Made by a program: the position numbers and the translations under genes. Shown here piece after piece: positions 10,027 to 20,338 of a stretch of DNA of 64,000 nt. This DNA comes from Candidatus Multivoradales bacterium. GTDB lineage: Bacteria; Acidobacteriota; Thermoanaerobaculia; Multivoradales; Multivoraceae. Each line of letters opens with the position of its first letter. The stretch's first letter is position 1. The notes beneath the pieces were generated by a model. The model saw only the letters and a program-made list of their open reading frames with translations. It did no database searches and was not told the origin of the DNA. Location: the NCBI GenBank assembly GCA_965223325.1, contig CBDCWI010000002.1:2496001-2560000 (forward strand), given 5' to 3'.

Positions 10027-10860
10027 CTAACGGGCTAGCGAAGGGAATGTTGACCGCTTGTTCTGCCACAAACCCTCGATCTCGACCAACGAAAGGGTCT
10101 CGGCACGACGGCGAGAGTCGAGAGGAGCTCCAGTCGGCGGCACCGGCAACGCCAAGAGGGCGCTGGCTGCCGGCTTTCCAAAGCGCGCCACCAGATTGTT
10201 ACGAATGGTCTTGCGCCGGTGGGCGAAGAGCGCGAAGACGAAGCGTTCGAACGACGGCCAATCGTCGAGCGCGATGCTGTCGGGACGCCGTTCGAGGCCA
10301 ACGAAAGCGCTGTCGACTTTCGGCGGTGGATTGAACGCCCCCGGCGGCACGCGGGCCAGGCGGCGCACCTTCGCACGCGCCTGGATCAAGACCGACAGGG
10401 CCCCCCGGGCAGGTTCTCCAGGCGCAGCCGTCAGGCGCTCGGCGACCTCCAGCTGGATGAGGAACGCCGCTCGTGGGGACCTGAGGGCCGAGGCGGCCCA
10501 GGCCCGCATGAGCGGCGTCGCCACGTTGTAGGGAAGGTTCCCGGCCACCAGGGTGGCCGCCGGAAGCCTCTGCCAGCGGAACTCAGTCGCATCGGCGACG
10601 GCGACTCTGAGGCACGCTCCGCGGTGTTGCTCCTGCAGCCGAAAGGCCCAGGCCGGGTCGAGTTCGAGCGCCCAGACACAGGCCTTGGCAGCCATCAGGG
10701 CACCCGTCAATACGCCGCCGCCGGGCCCGATCTCGAGGACCTGGCGGCCGCCGAGCGGGCTGAGAAAGTCGATCAGGGGCCGACAACTGGCGGCCCGGGT
10801 GAGGTGGTGTTGCCCAAGATCACGGCGTAAATGGGGCGATTCGGGAGCATTCACGGTCAC
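10027..10860 (-). CDS. rsmA: 16S rRNA dimethyladenosine transferase RsmA/KsgA
   Basis: LGQHHL, VLEIGPGGGVLT, AGNLPYNVAT, QLEVAERL, FNPPPKVDSA, RRKTIRNNL, RRAETLS. Confidence 0.93.
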   Translation of the reverse strand: MTVNAPESPHLRRDLGQHHLTRAASCRPLIDFLSPLGGRQVLEIGPGGGVLTGALMAAKACVWALELDPAWAFRLQEQHRGACLRVAVADATEFRWQRLPAATLVAGNLPYNVATPLMRAWAASALRSPRAAFLIQLEVAERLTAAPGEPARGALSVLIQARAKVRRLARVPPGAFNPPPKVDSAFVGLERRPDSIALDDWPSFERFVFALFAHRRKTIRNNLVARFGKPAASALLALPVPPTGAPLDSRRRAETLSLVEIEGLWQNKRSTFPSLAR

Positions 10861-11000
10861 AACCGTATCCTGCCGGGCCTCAGGCCGAGGCTCGACGAAC
10901 CGCCTGAAATCCCGGAAAACCGGAGCAACTAGCCGAGAAACATCATCTTTCTGGTATCCTCAGGAGCTACGCCCTCGCGGCGAGATTTCTTGGAAGAACG

Positions 11001-12179
11001 ATGAATCACCAGATTCAATGCCTGAGCCCCGGTCGCCTCGAGCAATTCCTCGAGCGTCGGCGCCGTGATTTTGACGACACTCTGGCGGCCGAGAGCTCGC
11101 TGGCCGAGAACCTCGTCGAGATCTTGCGACGCGCCAACGAATTCGTGCCTTCTGACGCGGGTTCGATCCTTCTCGACGACCCGACGGTCAAGGTCGCCGA
11201 CCGGTCGGAGAACAAGCTCACCTTCCTGGCGGCGTTTGGCGACAAGGTGGAAGATCTGGCCGGCCGCGAGATCGGCGCGAGCAAAGGCATCGCTGGCCGC
11301 GTCTACCTCACCGGCGAGCCCTACCGTGCCGACGAGGCGTCGACGGACCGGTTCTTCCACGACAAGATCGACGAGGCCATCGAGTTCAAGACCCGGGCTC
11401 TGGTCGCCGTCCCGATTCGTCTTGGTGACGAAGTGTGTGGAGTTCTCGAGCTCATTCGCGAACGGCCCTACACCGAAACCGAAGCCAACCTGCTGCACAT
11501 CTTTGCTGGCTACCTATCGGTTTCGATTCAAAACGTTCTCGACACCCGACACGCCCTCAAGATCGCCAAGCGCGACGGCCTGACCGGGCTGTTCAACGAC
11601 CGCTACCTACACATCGCGATCGCCGACCTGCTCGATGAGTGCGATGCCCAGAACAGCGACTTGAACGTCATGTTCCTCGACCTCGACTACTTCAAGTCGG
11701 TCAACGACCGCCACGGTCACCTGGCCGGCAGTCAGGTGCTGAACGAGGTCGGCGAGCTGCTCGAAGAAGCCAGTCAGGGGCGAGGCGCCGTGCCCTGCCG
11801 CTACGGTGGCGATGAGTTCGTCGTTCTCCTTCCGCATGCCGAACTGGCCAGCACCGAGGTCCTGGGCGAAGAAGTTCGCACCATGATCGGTCAAATGGTG
11901 TTCTGCGACAAACCCGGCAAGATCCAGCGCGATCCGCTGCACCTCACCGGGCTCTCGGCCTCGATCGGAATCGCCTCCTGGCGCCAGCATCTGAAGGGCA
12001 AGACCGCCGAGCAGGCGCGTACTGCCCTGCTTCACATCGCCGACGCAGCGATGTACATCGCCAAGGAAAGTGGGCGCAACAAGGTGGTGGTCGCCGACTC
12101 GTCGAGCATTCTCACGACCGGAAGCGCCCTGGCGACCGGACCGATTCGAATCGTCTCGAGCCCGCCGCGCGGCAGCTGA
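11001..12179 (+). CDS. GAF-sensor diguanylate cyclase (GGDEF)
   Basis: GAF (GIAGRV...TRALVAVPI..GVLELI), then DGLTGLFN, DLDYFKSVNDRHGHLAG, RYGGDEF, ADAAMYIAKESGRN. Confidence 0.92.
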   Translation: MNHQIQCLSPGRLEQFLERRRRDFDDTLAAESSLAENLVEILRRANEFVPSDAGSILLDDPTVKVADRSENKLTFLAAFGDKVEDLAGREIGASKGIAGRVYLTGEPYRADEASTDRFFHDKIDEAIEFKTRALVAVPIRLGDEVCGVLELIRERPYTETEANLLHIFAGYLSVSIQNVLDTRHALKIAKRDGLTGLFNDRYLHIAIADLLDECDAQNSDLNVMFLDLDYFKSVNDRHGHLAGSQVLNEVGELLEEASQGRGAVPCRYGGDEFVVLLPHAELASTEVLGEEVRTMIGQMVFCDKPGKIQRDPLHLTGLSASIGIASWRQHLKGKTAEQARTALLHIADAAMYIAKESGRNKVVVADSSSILTTGSALATGPIRIVSSPPRGS

Positions 12180-12348
12180 GCTGCGGCCGGTGTCCGCGCC
12201 GGCCTCCCTGGCGCCGCACCCAGCGCCACTGATCGCGGAATTCGCGACCTGGCCCCCCCCGGCGCTCAGATCCCGAGTACCATCGAAGGATCGCGCGCGA
12301 CAAGAGAGACTCCACCCAAAAAGACCCTTTCTCGACGAGATCGATGCC

Positions 12349-13704
12349 ATGACAGCTGACGCCAAAACGAAACGCACCGGCCGCCTCAAATCGACTCCGG
12401 AGACAGTTCATGAACTGCTCCGGCGCCACATGCTCGTCGACGGATACTCCCTGGTTCTCGACCTGGAGGGCAGCCATGGGGTCTACCTTCGCGACGCCCG
12501 CAGCGGCAAAGAACTCCTCGACATGTTCGGCAGCTTCTCGACCGTGCCGCTGGGCTACAACCACCCGGGAATGGAAGACGAGGGGTTCAAGGACAAGATC
12601 ATGCGAGCGGCGATCAACAAGCCCGCCAACTCCGATCTCTACACCCAGGAAATGGCCGACTTCGTCGCTACGTTCGCGGCGACGATTCCCGAGAGTCTCA
12701 ACAGCCACTTGTTCTTCATCTCTGGGGGCGCCCTGGCGATCGAGAACGCGCTCAAGGCGGCCTTCGACTGGAAAACGCGCAAGAACCACGAGGCCGGGCG
12801 AGCAGAAGCCGGCGACCTCATTGTGCACTTCGAAGAGGCGTTTCACGGTCGCAGCGGTTACACGCTCTCGCTGACCAACACCGATCCAACCAAGACGCTC
12901 TACTTCCCCAAGTTCGACGAATGGCCGCGCATCACCAACCCGCACCTGCGCTTCCCGATCACCGAAGGAATCGTACGCGACGTCGAGACCAAGGAAGCCC
13001 AGGCCGTCGCACAGATCGAGCGCGCAGTAAGACGGTTTGGCCATCGCGTCGCGGGCTTGATCATCGAACCGATTCAGGGTGAGGGCGGCGACAACCACTT
13101 CCGCCCCGAGTTCCTCGTCCAGCTGCGTACCCTGGCCGACGAGCACGAGTTCCTGTTGATCTTCGACGAGGTCCAGACCGGCTTCGGCACCACCGGCAAG
13201 TGGTGGTGTTTCGAGCACATGGGTGTCGAGCCCGACATTTTCGCGTTCGGCAAGAAGACCCAGGTCTGCGGAATCGCCGCCTCGACCCGCCTCGACGAAA
13301 TCGATTCGGTGTTCAAGGTCTCGAGCCGCATCAACTCGACCTGGGGTGGCAACCTGGTCGACATGATCCGATGTCAGCGCATTACCGAGATCGTCAAGGA
13401 GGAAGGGCTCCTCGAGCGCGCCCTCGGCACAGGAGCTTTTGTCCTCGAAACGTTGCGTGACCTCGAGCGGTCGTTCGAGGGTCGCCTGACGAACAGTCGC
13501 GGCCTCGGACTTTTCCTCGCCGTCGACCTCCCCGACACCGAAACCCGCAACGCCACCCTCGCAGCTTCCCTCGACGAAGGGCTGCTCGGCCTGGCCTCCG
13601 GGCCGGCATCGATTCGCTTTCGCCCACCGCTCGTCTTGACTGAAGACGAAGCAGCTGAGGGTTTGAGGCGCTTCGAGCAGGCGCTCCGGCGAGTCCTGGA
13701 CTAG
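12349..13704 (+). CDS. lat: L-lysine 6-transaminase (class III PLP aminotransferase)
   Basis: HMLVDG, NKPANSDLY, GGALAIENALKAAFDWK, AFHGRSGYTLSLTNT, EPIQGEGGDNH, FGKKTQVCG, SRINSTWGG; start ATG 12349. Confidence 0.92.
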   Translation: MTADAKTKRTGRLKSTPETVHELLRRHMLVDGYSLVLDLEGSHGVYLRDARSGKELLDMFGSFSTVPLGYNHPGMEDEGFKDKIMRAAINKPANSDLYTQEMADFVATFAATIPESLNSHLFFISGGALAIENALKAAFDWKTRKNHEAGRAEAGDLIVHFEEAFHGRSGYTLSLTNTDPTKTLYFPKFDEWPRITNPHLRFPITEGIVRDVETKEAQAVAQIERAVRRFGHRVAGLIIEPIQGEGGDNHFRPEFLVQLRTLADEHEFLLIFDEVQTGFGTTGKWWCFEHMGVEPDIFAFGKKTQVCGIAASTRLDEIDSVFKVSSRINSTWGGNLVDMIRCQRITEIVKEEGLLERALGTGAFVLETLRDLERSFEGRLTNSRGLGLFLAVDLPDTETRNATLAASLDEGLLGLASGPASIRFRPPLVLTEDEAAEGLRRFEQALRRVLD

Positions 13705-13728
13705 GAACGCCGTTGGCCTCGGGCCCCG

Positions 13729-15939
13729 TCACCCTCCCGTCCACGGAGATCCGGGACAGGCGACTGGAAAGGTACCGGCTGCCACATCAGGCAACCGCGC
13801 GGCCGACGGCAGCTCATCGACCAGCACGAGAAGGCGGCGGTCGATCGCTACGACCGCGATCTCGGCCCGCCAGCGAGAACGCCTGAAGGCGTGGAGGGAG
13901 AATGCAGTCGAGTCGGCCGCATCCAGGGTCTGGGCGAGTCCCGAGTCGAGCTCCGGGCCGGGGGCCACTCCCAACGACGCGGCCGCGTCAATGGTTCGTA
14001 GAAGCTCGAGCACCCAGCCGGTGGGTAGGCCATCGACTTGCTCGAGCAGGGCTCTGACTTCTCGGCGCTCGCTCTCGCCGGCCAGGGCCTCGTGGGCAGC
14101 GGGCGATGCCAAGAGACGCGGCTCGGCTGCCAGCGCACGTGCCAGGAGACCGATTCTCCGGGTGTGAGCCTTTTGGTCGCCATCGTCGTTGGCTGGCTGG
14201 CGCGCGGCCAGGAACGGAGCCAGGGCGCCGAGTGGATCGAGCGCGCAGGCACGCTCGAGAGCCTGGGTCGCGCGGGCGTCGCGCGAGTCGGCGGCGATCG
14301 CTCCGGCCTGCAACCAGAGCGGTGCCAAGCCAACACCCCGCTCGGCTGCCAGGAAGGCTTCCTCGAGCGCCGTCGCGCGATCGGCTCCGTGGTTCGCCTC
14401 GTGCAACAAGCGGGCGTAGTGGAAGCGGTAGAGCGGGTGGTTGGGATCGTGTGTCGAGGCCTTGGCGAGTGCTGCGAGCGCTTCCTCGGGCGATTGTGCC
14501 GAGCGCGCAAGGTCCCAATGCCGCGTCGCGAGAAGGAACGGTGGAAGCACCACCACCGCGCCGACGATGAGAGCCAGAGCGAGCACCGAACCTACCCGAG
14601 ACCGAAGCGACGCGCTGCGCCGCCCGCGTGCGTGGATCGACTGGCGAGCACCAAGCAGGAAGCAAAGCGTGACGGGAACTGCCGGCACCGCCAAAGGAGC
14701 GCCCGCGAGAGCGACGACGGCCCACCCCACCAGGCCCGCGTCGAGCACTCTCGTCTGCCAGTGCTCCTGGGAGTCCATTGCCGCCAACTCGCGATACCGC
14801 GTCCTGATCCAGAGGGCGACGAGCCCGAAGGAGACCAGAATGCCGGGCAGGCCGAGTTCGAAAAGAAGCAGGAGCGGCAGGGAGTGCGGGTCACTCACCA
14901 CTTCGCCGGGAGGATTCACTCCCGGCACCGGCCGCCAGGTGTCGGCGAGCAACCACATCGAAGCACCCGGGCCATGGCCGCGGAGCGGTTGAGCGACGAA
15001 ACCGTCGAATGCTGCCTCGGCGTACACGCCGCGGGCACTGGCGGAGGCGTCGTCCCCACTGACGACTTGAACCAACCTTGCACCGAAGAGAGCTGCGACG
15101 AGGAGCCCGACGACCGCAACGGCCGCGAGCGGCGAACGCGATGCACCCGATCGACGCTCCTGGCGACCGCTCCGAGCGAGGAAGGCCGCCGCACAGAGGA
15201 GGCCGAGTGCGCCGCTCAGAGAACCCGTCAAGACCAATGCCACCAGGCCACTGATTGCCGAGACGATCCCGAGCAGGCGCCAACTGCCTCCGGCCTGCCA
15301 GGCGAGAAGCGGCAATGGAAGGAGCGCCACGAGAACGAGCGCCAGGAGGTTGTGGTGTCCGAGTGGCATCGACGCTCGCGCCTCGCCGAACACAACCATC
15401 GACACCAGCGCCCAGGCCCCGAAGAGGCCCGGGAGGAGTGCTGTGATCAACAGTCCCAGGTGACGTGGACCCGGCTCGCACCAGGCTCGCTCGATGGCGG
15501 AAGGTAGAAGCATGAAGAAGGGCAAGAGAATCACCGCGCTCGCGCCAGCACGCGAAACGTCGGAGGTCCACCAGCTCACGGTCACCGTCGTGACCAGGAG
15601 GACGGGCAAAACGAGGCCAAAACGATCCAGCCGGAAGGGGTCGAGGACCGAGCCAGATGCCAGGGCGGCGACGGCCAGACCGGCGAGGACCAGTGAACCC
15701 GCTGCCAGCGCATGGTCGACCCATGAGACTGCGGGCAGTGTTCCAAACCAGCCCAGGTAGGAAAGGAGCAAGACGGCCGGTAAGAGCGCCGCGGTCGAGC
15801 GGCCGTTCCGCGAGGAATCAGATAGGGAGAACGACACGGTGACGCCTCGCAAGGAGAGAGGGGGGAAGCGCAAGGACCTGGCGCCTTCGATATGCTGCCG
15901 ATTGATCCTACGTGACCACCGCGTCATGACACCCTCCAC
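13729..15939 (-). CDS. O-antigen ligase-like polytopic membrane protein with C-terminal TPR-like repeats
   Basis: About 12 hydrophobic segments; RASMPLGHHNLLA, TGSLSG, PLRGHGPG, DPHSLPLLLLFELGLPG (Wzy_C-like); helical repeat tail. Start uncertain. Confidence 0.75.
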   Translation of the reverse strand: MEGVMTRWSRRINRQHIEGARSLRFPPLSLRGVTVSFSLSDSSRNGRSTAALLPAVLLLSYLGWFGTLPAVSWVDHALAAGSLVLAGLAVAALASGSVLDPFRLDRFGLVLPVLLVTTVTVSWWTSDVSRAGASAVILLPFFMLLPSAIERAWCEPGPRHLGLLITALLPGLFGAWALVSMVVFGEARASMPLGHHNLLALVLVALLPLPLLAWQAGGSWRLLGIVSAISGLVALVLTGSLSGALGLLCAAAFLARSGRQERRSGASRSPLAAVAVVGLLVAALFGARLVQVVSGDDASASARGVYAEAAFDGFVAQPLRGHGPGASMWLLADTWRPVPGVNPPGEVVSDPHSLPLLLLFELGLPGILVSFGLVALWIRTRYRELAAMDSQEHWQTRVLDAGLVGWAVVALAGAPLAVPAVPVTLCFLLGARQSIHARGRRSASLRSRVGSVLALALIVGAVVVLPPFLLATRHWDLARSAQSPEEALAALAKASTHDPNHPLYRFHYARLLHEANHGADRATALEEAFLAAERGVGLAPLWLQAGAIAADSRDARATQALERACALDPLGALAPFLAARQPANDDGDQKAHTRRIGLLARALAAEPRLLASPAAHEALAGESERREVRALLEQVDGLPTGWVLELLRTIDAAASLGVAPGPELDSGLAQTLDAADSTAFSLHAFRRSRWRAEIAVVAIDRRLLVLVDELPSAARLPDVAAGTFPVACPGSPWTGG

Positions 15940-16132
15940 CGGGCCGCCCTACCGGTCGCCGTTGCGCGCGATTCGACACGACGGAACACCGGGCCGAGAG
16001 GAACCCAAACGCCAACGCCATAGCACCCACTCTGCCTGCGCTGCCGGGGGAGGCGGGCGCTCGACCTTCGCGCGCGTTCGCGCACACCAAATCACCCTTT
16101 GACCAACGCTTGTTTGACGCGCAGGAGCTGAC

Positions 16133-17668
16133 ATGAGCCGCCAGGACACTGTAAGAAAAACCCTCGACGCCCTGGGGATCGAATCCTCGAACTCGGGCGC
16201 CTTCGCCGACAGCTGGCTCGACACGAAGGGCGAAGAAGTCGCCTCGATCGATCCGACGACTGGCGAGACCCTGGCAACGGTCCGGCTGGCTTCGGTCGAC
16301 GACTACGAGAAGGTCGCTCTGACCTCGGTCGACGCGTTCAAGGCCTGGCGAAAACTACCCGCCCCGCAACGTGGCGAAGTCGTCCGCGCGCTCGGAAACG
16401 CACTACGCGATCACAAAGACGATCTCGGGCGGCTAGTGTCACTCGAAGTCGGCAAGGTCACCAGCGAAGGGCTCGGCGAAGTCCAGGAGATGATCGACAT
16501 GTGCGACCTTGCCGTCGGCATGTCGCGCCAACTGTTCGGCAAGACCATGCACTCCGAACGCCCCGAGCACCGCATGTACGAACAGTGGCACCCTCTCGGT
16601 CCGGTCGGAATCATCACCGCCTTCAACTTCCCCGTCGCGGTGTGGTGTTGGAACGCCGCGGTCGCGGCGGTGTGTGGCGACAGCATGATCTGGAAGCCGT
16701 CGCTCAAGGCGCCACTGACTTCGATCGCGGTATCGAAGATCGCCGCTCGCGTACTCGCCGATCATGACGCCCCCGCGATCATGGGACTCATCATCGGCAG
16801 CGACCGAGAGGTCGGCGAAACTCTCATCCGTGACCATCGTCTGCCGCTCATCTCGGCAACCGGCTCGGTGCGTATGGGTCGTCACGTCGGCACCGTGGTT
16901 GCCGAACGACTGGGCCGCTCACTGCTCGAGCTGGGTGGCAACAACGCGATGATCATCATGGACGACGCCGACCTCGACCTGGCGCTCCGCGCGGTGCTTT
17001 TCGGTGCGGTGGGAACTGCGGGGCAGCGCTGCACGACGACCCGCCGCCTCTTCATGCAAAAGGGCATCGCCAAGCGCCTGCGCGAGCAGCTGGTCGCGGC
17101 CTACAGTTCGATTCCGGTCAACGACCCCTTGGCCTCCGGCACACTGCTCGGCCCACTCATCGACCAGGACGCTGTCGACGGAATGCTAGAGGCGCTCCAG
17201 GAAGCCAAGACGCAAGGTGGCGAAGTCCTCTGCGGCGGCAGCCAGGTCGATCGCCCGGGCTACTTCGTCGAGCCCACCATGGTGGCGGCAACGGCCGACA
17301 TGGCGATCACCCACGAGGAGACTTTCGCGCCCGTCCTCTACGCCATCGAGTTCGACGACCTCGACGAGGTCATCGAGATTCACAACTCTGTGCCTCAGGG
17401 GCTCTCTTCGGCCATCTTCACCGACAGCATCAGAAGCGCCGAACGCTTCCTCGCCGCAACCGGCAGCGATTGCGGTATCGCCAACGTCAACATCGGCACC
17501 TCAGGTGCCGAGATCGGCGGCGCCTTCGGTGGTGAGAAGGAAACCGGCGGCGGTCGCGAAGCCGGCTCGGACGCCTGGAAGCTCTATATGCGGCGCCAGA
17601 CCTGCACCATCAACTGGGGTGAGGAGTTGCCGTTGGCGCAGGGAGTGACGTTCGACCTACCGGGTTAA
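16133..17668 (+). CDS. pcd: Aldehyde dehydrogenase family 7 (piperideine-6-carboxylate / alpha-aminoadipic semialdehyde dehydrogenase)
   Basis: EGLGEVQEMIDMCD, SERPEHRMYEQWHPLG, ITAFNFPVAVW, LELGGNNA, TAGQRCTTTRR, GTSGAEIGGAFGGEKETGGGRE, LPLAQG. Confidence 0.92.
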   Translation: MSRQDTVRKTLDALGIESSNSGAFADSWLDTKGEEVASIDPTTGETLATVRLASVDDYEKVALTSVDAFKAWRKLPAPQRGEVVRALGNALRDHKDDLGRLVSLEVGKVTSEGLGEVQEMIDMCDLAVGMSRQLFGKTMHSERPEHRMYEQWHPLGPVGIITAFNFPVAVWCWNAAVAAVCGDSMIWKPSLKAPLTSIAVSKIAARVLADHDAPAIMGLIIGSDREVGETLIRDHRLPLISATGSVRMGRHVGTVVAERLGRSLLELGGNNAMIIMDDADLDLALRAVLFGAVGTAGQRCTTTRRLFMQKGIAKRLREQLVAAYSSIPVNDPLASGTLLGPLIDQDAVDGMLEALQEAKTQGGEVLCGGSQVDRPGYFVEPTMVAATADMAITHEETFAPVLYAIEFDDLDEVIEIHNSVPQGLSSAIFTDSIRSAERFLAATGSDCGIANVNIGTSGAEIGGAFGGEKETGGGREAGSDAWKLYMRRQTCTINWGEELPLAQGVTFDLPG

Positions 17669-17749
17669 GGGCGGCACCGTCGCCGCGTGCTCGACCCCCA
17701 TTTCGGGACTGGGGGGGAAGACGGGGCTCGAAAGGCCCGCCGTTCGCTT

Positions 17750-19078
17750 TCAGCGCTCCAACCGAACATCGAAGGGTAGCGAAAGCACGTCGCGTGGAGA
17801 GCTGCCACGAGCCAACGGTAGCGACCGCGTGGCGCCGGGAAGCCCGGCGGTAGAAACCTCGAAGAGACGATGCGGGGAATTCCCCGCCAGGTCTTCGATG
17901 TCGACCCGAGCCACCACCACGTAACCGCCTTCCAGCCAGGGTTCGTCAGGCACCAACGACCACGACATGCCATCGGGAGACGCGGCCGGCGTTCCAGAGA
18001 CCTGCCGTCCGCCTTCGGTCGCAACGAACCCGAAGGAAAGCAACTGCTCCCGATCAAGGACCTCGTCGAAACGCACCGTCACAGGCTCGCGTGGCCCGTG
18101 CGGCGCCAGAACCTGCCAGGCCCCCGGTTCTGGAGCCTGACGATCGGCGTCATTGACCTCATAACGCTGTTCGAACGCTTCGCCCATTGCCACTCCGAAG
18201 CGCGACTCGACTGAACCATCCACTCGCAGTGAGAACGCACTACCCGATCGAAGGGCGAGTCCCAACTCTTCGTGCGGGCCGACACCGCGCTTGATCCTCC
18301 CGGGGTGGAGAAAGAGCGTCAAGCGCTTGGTCTCCGTGTCCCAAAGACCCTCCGGCACCTGAACGAAGGCGTCGGGAATCACTTCTCCGCTCTCGTCGAT
18401 GAGGAACACCCGTGAAGCGATTGCCCGAGGACTCATGGGTTGGCTGAAGTGCACGTACATGCGCAGCAGGTTCTCGGGAACCAAACCCGCAGGTGGCCAG
18501 GCAGTGACTACTGTCGGCGGGCCGGGTGAGGGCCCGCCGCCTGCTACTTCGAACGTCGTGATCAGAGCCGAGCTACCCGTATCGAAGTCGCCGAGGCCAG
18601 GCATCGTTCGCGCGAGTCGCGCGAGATCGGCACAGGCCTGGTACACCGAACCCGCTGAGAGCGGGAAGCGAGGTTCGAAAGCGAGATACCGCGCAGCGAG
18701 TCGGAAGCGACCGAGGAGAGGCGGGTGTTCCGAGGGAGCGACGCAGCCCTCGCTCAGGGCTACTTCACCCTTCCAGACCGAGAGCGCCCGCCCGAGATCA
18801 GGTTCTCCGAGCTCGACGGCATTGTCGAGACGGCTCGGAAACGGGCCGAGGAGAACCGCACCGAACGTCGCGCTCTCAGCACGATCGTCGAGACGGAGGG
18901 CGATCGGCTCCGTATGCCGGGGGGTACACCCCCCCACCAACACCAGGATGAACCCCAGAAGCGATAGCCGCCCGAAACAGCCGCCCGTCAGCCGACCCAA
19001 CCGACGGACAACGTCGAGCCCTCGCGCCAGGCGCTCAGCCGCGACGGAGCGGAAGCGCACCCAGATCGAGCGACCCAC
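17750..19078 (-). CDS. Hypothetical lipoprotein with tandem Ig-like (Big_5-like) domains
   Basis: Hydrophobic stretch and VGGC lipobox; FEPRFPL, VPENLLRMYVHFSQPM, LTLFLHPGRIKRG, IEDLAGN. Start uncertain. Confidence 0.7.
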   Translation of the reverse strand: MGRSIWVRFRSVAAERLARGLDVVRRLGRLTGGCFGRLSLLGFILVLVGGCTPRHTEPIALRLDDRAESATFGAVLLGPFPSRLDNAVELGEPDLGRALSVWKGEVALSEGCVAPSEHPPLLGRFRLAARYLAFEPRFPLSAGSVYQACADLARLARTMPGLGDFDTGSSALITTFEVAGGGPSPGPPTVVTAWPPAGLVPENLLRMYVHFSQPMSPRAIASRVFLIDESGEVIPDAFVQVPEGLWDTETKRLTLFLHPGRIKRGVGPHEELGLALRSGSAFSLRVDGSVESRFGVAMGEAFEQRYEVNDADRQAPEPGAWQVLAPHGPREPVTVRFDEVLDREQLLSFGFVATEGGRQVSGTPAASPDGMSWSLVPDEPWLEGGYVVVARVDIEDLAGNSPHRLFEVSTAGLPGATRSLPLARGSSPRDVLSLPFDVRLER

Positions 19079-20204
19079 TCGGCGTTCTCTGCAAGGTCAC
19101 CAGGTGAGTGTTCGACAGCAGATCAAGCTGCTGGATTCCGGTTCCCGAACGCTTGATGTGCTCGACACCGGCCGAGTAGGCCTCGGGGCGCTCGATGATC
19201 TCGCCGTCGAAGGCCGCGATGTCTTCGGTGTCGACGACGATCAACGGCAGGTTGCTGTTGGCAATGAACACGCGATCACCATCTGGACCCTCGACCACCA
19301 CCATGTCGAGCGGATAGTTGCCAGATCCGAATTCAGCGATTGTCCGACCCTTGAGGTGGCCCTTGGTTTCGAGGTCCTTGACCTTGAACAAGGACAGAGG
19401 GGTGCACAGGTAGGCCGCCAGAATCTGCTGCTCGCCGCCGAACTCGTAGGGCACAAACGTGCGGATCGGGGCGTGCGTCTCATAGGCGCCATGCGCTCCG
19501 TGGTAGATCTCGAGCGTGGTGGCACTCGCACCGTCCTCGAACGGCAACGGCACCCGCCACAGCGCCGACGCGAACTCTTCGTTCGACAGGCCAGCGACAA
19601 AGAGCGTGCCTTCGGTGTAGGCCATGTCGGTGATCGTGTCGGTGCGCAGACTCACATCTTTCATGAAGGAATGGCTCTTCTCAGCCGATATCGGATTGGG
19701 GAGATCGACGCGCGCGAAGCGAACGTCTTCGAGCGAGAACTCGTCGATCGAACCCTCCGCGTCTACGGTGAGCAGAATCTCGGCGTCGGCGACATGGTTG
19801 GGGAGCTTCCACATCAAGTCCCACTGTGCGCGCCCGCGCGAGACCGCCAGAAAGACCTCGTGGGTGAGCGGATGGACTGCGAGATCGTGGACCAACACGT
19901 CGGCCGCATCGATCCCCAGGCGGGCAGCGATCTTTCCTTCAATGTCGGTCACTTGCACCGGTCTGGGCTCGGCTTTCTCGCCCCTCGTCTCAACGGCGAA
20001 CACCGCCCCACCCTTGCTGTCTCCAAGGAAGAGTGTTCCGTCAGGCGCAAAGGTCAGCACGCTGATTGACTGGGGCGCCGCGGTTCCACGGCGCATCGAG
20101 TCGGAGAGCTCCGAGTCGGAGGAGCTCGCCGGGCGGAAGCCCACGAGGAGGATGGCCAGGCCGCACCCGAGGAGCGCGGCTGCCAGGGCACTGATTCGTT
20201 TCAT
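19035..20204 (-). CDS. Secreted conserved hypothetical protein (possible beta-propeller)
   Basis: Signal peptide MKRISALAAALLGCG; LTFAPDGTLFLGDS, VAGLSNEEFAS, EIYHGAHGAYETHAPIRTF, AAYLCTPL; RBS AAGGAG. Confidence 0.8.
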   Translation of the reverse strand: MKRISALAAALLGCGLAILLVGFRPASSSDSELSDSMRRGTAAPQSISVLTFAPDGTLFLGDSKGGAVFAVETRGEKAEPRPVQVTDIEGKIAARLGIDAADVLVHDLAVHPLTHEVFLAVSRGRAQWDLMWKLPNHVADAEILLTVDAEGSIDEFSLEDVRFARVDLPNPISAEKSHSFMKDVSLRTDTITDMAYTEGTLFVAGLSNEEFASALWRVPLPFEDGASATTLEIYHGAHGAYETHAPIRTFVPYEFGGEQQILAAYLCTPLSLFKVKDLETKGHLKGRTIAEFGSGNYPLDMVVVEGPDGDRVFIANSNLPLIVVDTEDIAAFDGEIIERPEAYSAGVEHIKRSGTGIQQLDLLSNTHLVTLQRTPSGSLDLGALPLRRG

Positions 20205-20338
20205 GGCAATCTCCTTGTTCTTTTCGTCGGTCTTGCAGCTTCTCTCAAAGTACTTCTTCACAGTACTACGAGCGCGACAGGGACCACTCCGGGACGCTTC
20301 GAGGCGAAGTGCAGCTCGAGCGCTACGATGACGGGGCA

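Noticed and set aside
14038-15507. Long antisense or alternative-frame ORFs (e.g. 14038..15507+, 18399..20069+, 21848..23380+, 48408..49736+, 60009..61277-)
   Set aside because: Shadow ORFs opposite well-supported genes, expected in high-GC DNA; no recognisable motifs
12349-17668. Cephamycin/beta-lactam biosynthetic cluster (lat + pcd)
   Set aside because: No ACV synthetase, IPNS or other NRPS genes are nearby; catabolism is the simpler explanation
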